Position numbers and translations under genes: made by a program | Part shown: one piece after another, positions 58,291-64,000 of the stretch | How the letters are laid out: every line of letters starts with the position of its first letter | Numbering within the stretch: position 1 is the first letter of the stretch | Notes under the pieces: model-generated | What the model was told of the DNA's origin: nothing | The model's input: the letters and a program-made list of their open reading frames with translations, nothing else | The model's database searches: none | DNA from: Oligoflexia bacterium | Lineage (GTDB): Bacteria; Bdellovibrionota; UBA1018 | Direction of reading: 5' to 3' | NCBI GenBank assembly: GCA_963758495.1 | Contig: CAVWVI010000001.1 | Location: 480,001-544,000 of the forward strand | DNA length: 64,000 bases

Positions 58291-59511
58291 ATGAACTCAA
58301 AATACAAAGACATTTTAAATTTAACGGTCATCGTGTCCGCTCTTGGATATTTTGTTGATATTTTCGACCTGCTTTTGTTTGGAGTCGTTCGAATTCCAAG
58401 TTTAAAAGATTTGGGAATTCCCCAAGACCAACTCTTAACTGTGGGAGTGATGCTTCTCAACCGCCAGATGTTGGGTCTTTTACTCGGCGGAATTTTCTGG
58501 GGAGTTTTGGGAGACAAACTGGGTCGTGTGTCCGTACTTTTCGGATCGATTTTTCTCTACTCATCCGCAAATTTGCTCAATGCATTTGTTCATTCAGTAG
58601 ATGCGTATGGACTTCTCCGGTTTATTGCTGGATTTGGGCTTGCTGGTGAACTTGGACTTGCTATAACGCTAGTCAGCGAAACGCTACCCAAGGGAAGCAG
58701 GGGGTATGGAACTACATTCGTAGCTTCCATTGGCGTTTGCGGCTCTATTGCTGCCGCAGTCATTGCAGAGCATTTTCATTGGCGTACTGCATTTATGATT
58801 GGCGGCGGATTAGGTCTTGTTTTATTGATATTCAGGATCAAATTGCATGAATCTCATTTGTATCAAAATGTAAAAAATCAAAAAATTTCGCGTGGGAATT
58901 TTTTGATGCTTTTTAAAACCAAGGAACGTTTTTTAAAATATTTGTATCTCATTTTGATAGGTGTCCCCATTTGGTTTACCGCTGGAATCATCATTCTATT
59001 TTCTCCCGAGTTCGCTCAGGCTTTGCAAGTTTCTGGACCCATGACAGCGGGAAATGCCATCTTTTACTTTTATATAGGCGTCGGCATCGGTGACATGGTC
59101 AGTGGCATAGTAAGCCAGAAAATCAAAAGCCGTAAAAAAGTACTCCTGGGTTTCCTGATCATCTGGGCGATTTCTTTATCCATTTATTTATTCACAACCC
59201 AAATTTCAATTACTTCCTTTTATTCTGAGTGTATTTTATTGGGTTTTACAACGGGATATTGGATAGTTTTTCTGACAGCAGCAGCCGAACAATTTGGAAC
59301 GAATCTTCGATCGACTGTGACAACGACTGTACCTAACTTTATTCGTGGGTCAGTCATACCGTTAAGCATGGCGTTTGAATGTTTTAGACAGCGGATAGGA
59401 ATCATTCACAGCGGGTTCGTATTAGGCGCTATTTGTTTAATATTGGCCCTTTGGGCGTACTCTCAAATGACAGAATCGTATGAGAAAAGCCTCGATTTTC
59501 TTGAGACATGA
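58291..59511 (+). CDS. MFS transporter
   Basis: About 12 TMs, GVLGDKLGR motif A, RFIAGFGLAGE. Confidence 0.93.
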   Translation: MNSKYKDILNLTVIVSALGYFVDIFDLLLFGVVRIPSLKDLGIPQDQLLTVGVMLLNRQMLGLLLGGIFWGVLGDKLGRVSVLFGSIFLYSSANLLNAFVHSVDAYGLLRFIAGFGLAGELGLAITLVSETLPKGSRGYGTTFVASIGVCGSIAAAVIAEHFHWRTAFMIGGGLGLVLLIFRIKLHESHLYQNVKNQKISRGNFLMLFKTKERFLKYLYLILIGVPIWFTAGIIILFSPEFAQALQVSGPMTAGNAIFYFYIGVGIGDMVSGIVSQKIKSRKKVLLGFLIIWAISLSIYLFTTQISITSFYSECILLGFTTGYWIVFLTAAAEQFGTNLRSTVTTTVPNFIRGSVIPLSMAFECFRQRIGIIHSGFVLGAICLILALWAYSQMTESYEKSLDFLET

Positions 59512-59546
59512 TCTTTTGATTGGATATCAGCCGAAAATAAGTGGAA

Positions 59547-61118
59547 TCATAAATGATAGTGCCGAATGATCTCTCCATTCTGTTCTACATTTTTCACAAA
59601 AATGAGGGAATAAGCATCCCGATACACTGGAACCCACATCGGATCCTTCGATCGCGCAATCAGAAAAGACTGACCCCAAGGGGTCAGATCACGCCAATAA
59701 AAGACAATGGCGTTAATTCCCATTTTCTCAACCTGAGTTCTCCACACAACATCATTCTCCTGCATGGGTACATAGAGCTGGGTAAAAAACTCCTTAGGGT
59801 ACGCTTCGGGCCGATTATCCACAAAAACGCGTGTGTTAGGGAACAGATAGTAGTCCAGGTAACTCCCAATATCGTAATTATTAAAAATCGGACCTTGAAT
59901 GGGAACATTTTGAAGAAATTCTCCCGCCCCGCTCACTCCGGGCATGAGTCCCACGCCAAAGTTAAACCACTTTGCCTCTCCACAACGGAGAAGAAAGAGG
60001 GTGAGCGAAACGACACCTAGCCCCCCCAAGAAAGTGAAAAACTTCGTCCTCCTTTTCCCTTCCACATGCAGGAAACCCGTCTCAGCTCCCAGGGCAGCTA
60101 TTCCGGGTAATGCGAAAAACCCAGCCATACTCATATTCCGAATTGCCGTAAATCCCATCAGTGCAAAAAATGCTGCTAATACTGACTCAGCAAACCTCGC
60201 TCCACCCAACCGCCCTCGAAAGGCCAATCTCGCTATTAAGAAAAAAAGAATAGTAAAAACGATCAGAAAAGAGATCAATTCAGGAATCGGCACGTCTTGT
60301 CGTTTTAAAAAGAAGAAAACTGATTGATTCTCGGCAATTTTATATCCATAGTTTTTAAAAATCTGAAAGGGGAAGACCGCCAGCTTGGAACCGATGGGAT
60401 TAATGAGGGATGCGGCTCCACAGCCTACAATGATCTTCAGAAGCGTTCGCACTCGCACCGAAAGAGGCAGCAAGGCTCCCAACGAAAGTTCCTCCAGGAG
60501 AAAGACCCCCAGCAGAAAAAAACCCAAGAAAAAATAAATATGCAAGTTCACCCACAAAACCATGAGAACAGGAAGAATCCAGAGAGCCGAGCTCCCTCTC
60601 CTCCCCCATTTCCATTCCAATAGGACCCAGTAGAAAACTCCAAGCAAAAAAGTGCTAAAGCCTTCAGGCCGAATTTCAGATCGGGCCGCGCATAAAGGCA
60701 ATACCAAAAGTGCGATCATACCCGTCGCAAGAAGAGCCTCTCCACTTTCCATTCGCCGCCGGAAAATCTGATAAGTCAGATGACAAAAAATCAATAACGT
60801 CAAAAGATTGAGAAGGCTGAAACAGAGTGATAACCCTTCGAAGCCTAAAAAACTTTCTATAAAATAGAAAACAACCCCTGTACCCCAGTGATGATTCACA
60901 AAAGGAAAATCAGGATACGTATATGAATAAAAATTCTTTAAGAGTACATTCCAACTTCCGCCCGACTTTCCATCAAACAATGCAGACACCACTGCCCGCC
61001 CATTGGCAAGGTGCCGCCCTAGATCTACAGCAGTCAAATTGATCTCCTGAGTCATTAGAAAAAGGAACAGACTACAAATCCCCAGCAGCAAGGCCCATCC
61101 CAGTATTTTGGAATTCAT
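59547..61118 (-). CDS. Polytopic membrane protein, GT-C-like
   Basis: DLGRHLANG after TM1, RPE, LWVNLH, C-terminal FNNYDIGSYL..VFVDNRPE. Confidence 0.7.
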   Translation of the reverse strand: MNSKILGWALLLGICSLFLFLMTQEINLTAVDLGRHLANGRAVVSALFDGKSGGSWNVLLKNFYSYTYPDFPFVNHHWGTGVVFYFIESFLGFEGLSLCFSLLNLLTLLIFCHLTYQIFRRRMESGEALLATGMIALLVLPLCAARSEIRPEGFSTFLLGVFYWVLLEWKWGRRGSSALWILPVLMVLWVNLHIYFFLGFFLLGVFLLEELSLGALLPLSVRVRTLLKIIVGCGAASLINPIGSKLAVFPFQIFKNYGYKIAENQSVFFFLKRQDVPIPELISFLIVFTILFFLIARLAFRGRLGGARFAESVLAAFFALMGFTAIRNMSMAGFFALPGIAALGAETGFLHVEGKRRTKFFTFLGGLGVVSLTLFLLRCGEAKWFNFGVGLMPGVSGAGEFLQNVPIQGPIFNNYDIGSYLDYYLFPNTRVFVDNRPEAYPKEFFTQLYVPMQENDVVWRTQVEKMGINAIVFYWRDLTPWGQSFLIARSKDPMWVPVYRDAYSLIFVKNVEQNGEIIRHYHL

Positions 61119-61171
61119 TTTTTTATTTTCACATGAAAACTAACATCTAGTCCAATCTATGCTTCACTTAT

Positions 61172-62530
61172 ATTGTGCGCCGCCCACAAAGGATTAAATG
61201 ATATTAAATAGCAGCGCCGGCTAGCGCTCGGTGATAAAGGACTTGGTCTGAGTAAAATAGCTTCCACTCTCGGTTCAGCTTGATCTGTTTTAACGTCTTT
61301 TTAATGTCAAAAAACTCATGAAACTCCAATGGCGTCTTTGTTAAACCAAGCGACATTGCTGGAGTATCATGATTCGATTTCGGGTTTTTTTTATGACGTT
61401 TTACAAATTGGGTTCGGAAAAAATTTTTCCAAACCATGAAAAGAGTGTATTTCCCAACCATACGTGCGTGTTTTTTAGCAAAGCAGATGGTTTCTCGACT
61501 GAAAGCTCCTATATGTTGGCGGATCAGCAAGTCTGCGTGATTTACACTAAAGAGGTAGTTTTGAAAATTTCGAGTTTGCTTAGATGAGACTCTGACTTGT
61601 TCGATTTTAAAGCCTTTTAGGTCTTGCTCAATAGCCCTACGATACTGAAAGTGCTCATCCGAATAAATTAAAAAGGGTCGAGCTGGATCACCCCTTTTTT
61701 CATAGAGTCGAGCAAAGATTTCCGCAGTGCTGGTTCGAATTGCTTTTGGAGGATATCGGCCTTCTTCCTCTTCTTTCAGTCGTCGGACTTGCTTTTGTCG
61801 GGGAGACATCCTTCCTTTTCGATTGAGTGGAGCAAAGTTGAAGTCGTAAATAAACAAGGATTCTTTGCCAATCGCTTGCTGAATATGATTCGGGTCATAC
61901 TGACTTTTAGCAAAGGCTTCAAGACCATCATAAACTATGGGTTCAGCTATTTTCAGTGTCTGGGTTCGTTCTGTTTGTTTAACTAGCGCCCACTGAACCA
62001 GTTTTCTCACTCTAAGGCGAATGAGATGCTCTGAAGTCTGCAATCTTCTTGCAATTTCTCGATTGGATATCCCACATGTGATGTAACTGAAAATCTTGCA
62101 ATTCAAACCGGGCCTCCTTTCACGGAAGTCGAGCTTGAAGTACGTATATCGAAAATTTCTCTTGCAGGAACAACATCGAAATTGCCGAACCCGGTAAGGA
62201 TAACATTGAGTTTTAGCCCAACCATTGGAATAGAAAAAAGGCGCTTTCTGGTCTTCCAATTGGAGATGAAAAGGACATTTTTCATTGGGGCAATACGGAG
62301 GCTGGAAACACTTTTGTCTGAGAATAAAAGGATCTTCTTTCATGAAGCCGTTTTTTGCAGGACTTCAGCCTTTGCTTCAGCTCAAACAGTCGTAAATTCT
62401 CATTTAAATTCAATGCCCTCGATCTTCCGCTCATTGATGGGACAATTCTAAAATCCTACACAATGATCGAACTCTGTACCCAAGCATTCCGAGGAGGGCT
62501 GAATCCCATCCTATTTCAGCGGCGCACAAT
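61172..62530 (-). mobile_element. IS1-like insertion sequence
   Basis: 23-bp imperfect TIRs: ATTGTGCGCCGCCCACAAAGGAT (61172-61194) and the reverse complement of 62508-62530, ATTGTGCGCCGCTGAAATAGGAT; single transposase ORF. Confidence 0.82.
61204..62343 (-). CDS. IS1-like transposase (Zn ribbon, HTH, RNase H-fold core)
   Basis: CPNEKC..FRCCSCKRNF, SNREIARRL HTH, IVYDG, IYSDEH, VNHADLLIRQH..RETICFAK. Confidence 0.82.
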   Translation of the reverse strand: MKEDPFILRQKCFQPPYCPNEKCPFHLQLEDQKAPFFYSNGWAKTQCYPYRVRQFRCCSCKRNFRYTYFKLDFRERRPGLNCKIFSYITCGISNREIARRLQTSEHLIRLRVRKLVQWALVKQTERTQTLKIAEPIVYDGLEAFAKSQYDPNHIQQAIGKESLFIYDFNFAPLNRKGRMSPRQKQVRRLKEEEEGRYPPKAIRTSTAEIFARLYEKRGDPARPFLIYSDEHFQYRRAIEQDLKGFKIEQVRVSSKQTRNFQNYLFSVNHADLLIRQHIGAFSRETICFAKKHARMVGKYTLFMVWKNFFRTQFVKRHKKNPKSNHDTPAMSLGLTKTPLEFHEFFDIKKTLKQIKLNREWKLFYSDQVLYHRALAGAAI

Positions 62531-64000
62531 TAATGCTTAAAATGCCTCACACCCGTAAAAACCATTGAAATTCCGTGTTCATTGGCAGCTTGAATGCTCT
62601 CTCCGTCCTTCAAACTTCCACCCGGTTGCACAATGAATCGAATACCTGCTGCATAGGCCCGATCTACGGTATCTCTAAAAGGGAAAAAAGCGTCGCTGAC
62701 CATGACACAATCACCGAGAGATCCTTCGCTCGTACGTAATACGCTTTGTGCTCGTGGCACCGCAAGACTTTGTAATGCTTCAATCCGATTAGGCTGACCT
62801 TGGCCTGCGCCTACAAGTTGTAAGATACCACTCGAAGTATGTAACTCTCTCACGATTGCAATCGCATTTGATTTTAAAGATTTACAAACTAAGATTCCGA
62901 ACCTTGCAAGCAACGCTTTCTCCTGTGGCCATGACATCTCAGTCACCGATTTCAAATTCTCTTCGGTATCCACATCTGTAGTTTGAAAAAGGAGTCCTCC
63001 CGGAATAGCGACTTGTGATTGTTTAGGTACACCACCGAACCGAAGAACGGGAACTGCTTTTAAGTTTTTTCTCTTAGCCAGTAATATTTTAAGTCCGGAA
63101 CTCTCTTGAGTCAGTCCTGGAGCTCCGACCAGCTCAACAAAATGTTGACTGAGCCAAGAAGCCGCTTCGTCCTGAATCGGATCCGTAAAGACCAACACTC
63201 CACCAAATGCAGAAGTTGGATCACCCTCCCATGCCCGAGTCAGAGCAAGCTTTTGAGCATTTGAGTGCGAACGAGGCACGAGGGAAACACCACAAGGATT
63301 GCCGTGTTTTACAATCACAACACCCGTAGAATCAGGGCAGAGTTGAATCAAATCACTTGCTAATGCATAAGCAGCAGAAAAATCGAGAATATTATTATAC
63401 GAAAGTTCCGCAGAAGTCAGAACACTTCCCCACCCAATCGGACTATCCGCTTCAAATTCTAGGTAACCTTTTTGGTGAGGATTTTCGCCGTAACGGAGAG
63501 TTTTCTTACTTCTTTCTCCCAATTCGCGAGCGATACAAGAATCATATTTAACGATGAGTTCCCAAGCACTCAAAGCACAGGTGTCCAATGTTGAAGCTTG
63601 AACTTGTCCATTCTCTTCTAATTCTTGAATGACCTGTGAATACTGAGTAGGAGAAGTCAAAACTAAAACATTTTCGCTATTTTTAGCGGCAGCTCGCACT
63701 AATGTAGGACCTCCAATATCGATTTCCTCAATCAGCTCTTTACGTGAAATCCCTGTTTTAGAAGCAGCTGCTTCGAACGGATAAAAATTCACAACAACAC
63801 AGTCAATGGGCTTGATTCCTAGTTTTTCTAAATCTTTTTCATCCTTCACATCTCCGCGTCGATACAAAATTCCACTACAAACCGGAAACGACAGGGTCTT
63901 CATTCTCCCCTGAAATGACTCCGGACTTCCCGAGATCTGTTCAATAGGAATCACTTCAAGACCCGCATCCAAGAGAACTTGGGCCGTGCGGCCTGTTGCA
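62530..64000 (-). CDS. purH: Bifunctional AICAR transformylase/IMP cyclohydrolase (5' end outside the window)
   Basis: GRMKT, VNFYPF, EIDIGGP, LRYGENPHQ, KHGNPCG, SDAFFPF, FTGVRHFKH; frame open to the window edge. Confidence 0.97.
   Translation of the reverse strand, partial: ATGRTAQVLLDAGLEVIPIEQISGSPESFQGRMKTLSFPVCSGILYRRGDVKDEKDLEKLGIKPIDCVVVNFYPFEAAASKTGISRKELIEEIDIGGPTLVRAAAKNSENVLVLTSPTQYSQVIQELEENGQVQASTLDTCALSAWELIVKYDSCIARELGERSKKTLRYGENPHQKGYLEFEADSPIGWGSVLTSAELSYNNILDFSAAYALASDLIQLCPDSTGVVIVKHGNPCGVSLVPRSHSNAQKLALTRAWEGDPTSAFGGVLVFTDPIQDEAASWLSQHFVELVGAPGLTQESSGLKILLAKRKNLKAVPVLRFGGVPKQSQVAIPGGLLFQTTDVDTEENLKSVTEMSWPQEKALLARFGILVCKSLKSNAIAIVRELHTSSGILQLVGAGQGQPNRIEALQSLAVPRAQSVLRTSEGSLGDCVMVSDAFFPFRDTVDRAYAAGIRFIVQPGGSLKDGESIQAANEHGISMVFTGVRHFKH

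Noticed and set aside
1..64000. tRNA, rRNA or riboswitch genes
   Set aside because: None recognised by eye; tRNAscan-SE/Infernal would be needed to exclude them.

Overview
AT-rich bacterial chromosome segment. Gene content (REC/HD-GYP proteins, many signal-peptide orphans, AddAB, sigma-28-like promoters) suggests a Bdellovibrionota/Oligoflexia-like organism; that assignment is inference only. Core content: partial DEAD-box helicase, HI0933 flavoprotein, ftsH, a complete alternative complex III plus A2-type caa3 oxidase operon (8802-20798), a divergent arginine biosynthesis cluster with ARG boxes, tyrS, addBA, purM, hutU and partial purH. Most unusual signals: (1) a 2339-bp IS4-like element (52941-55279) with ~229-bp terminal inverted repeats, a 10-bp target-site duplication, a nested 57-bp inverted-repeat pair, a hairpin-rich spacer on one side and a transposase broken by one in-frame stop; (2) a dispersed palindromic repeat family whose stems covary while the loop is conserved (5463, 8709, 28017); (3) a signal-peptide Hanks-type kinase with an SH2-like C-terminus; (4) an IS1-like element with an apparent DDN triad; (5) a GC-rich foreign FkbM gene behind a host-type sigma-28-like promoter; (6) several sigma-28-like promoters, some placed as if transcripts are leaderless. 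All calls come from reading motifs by eye; no database searches were run.
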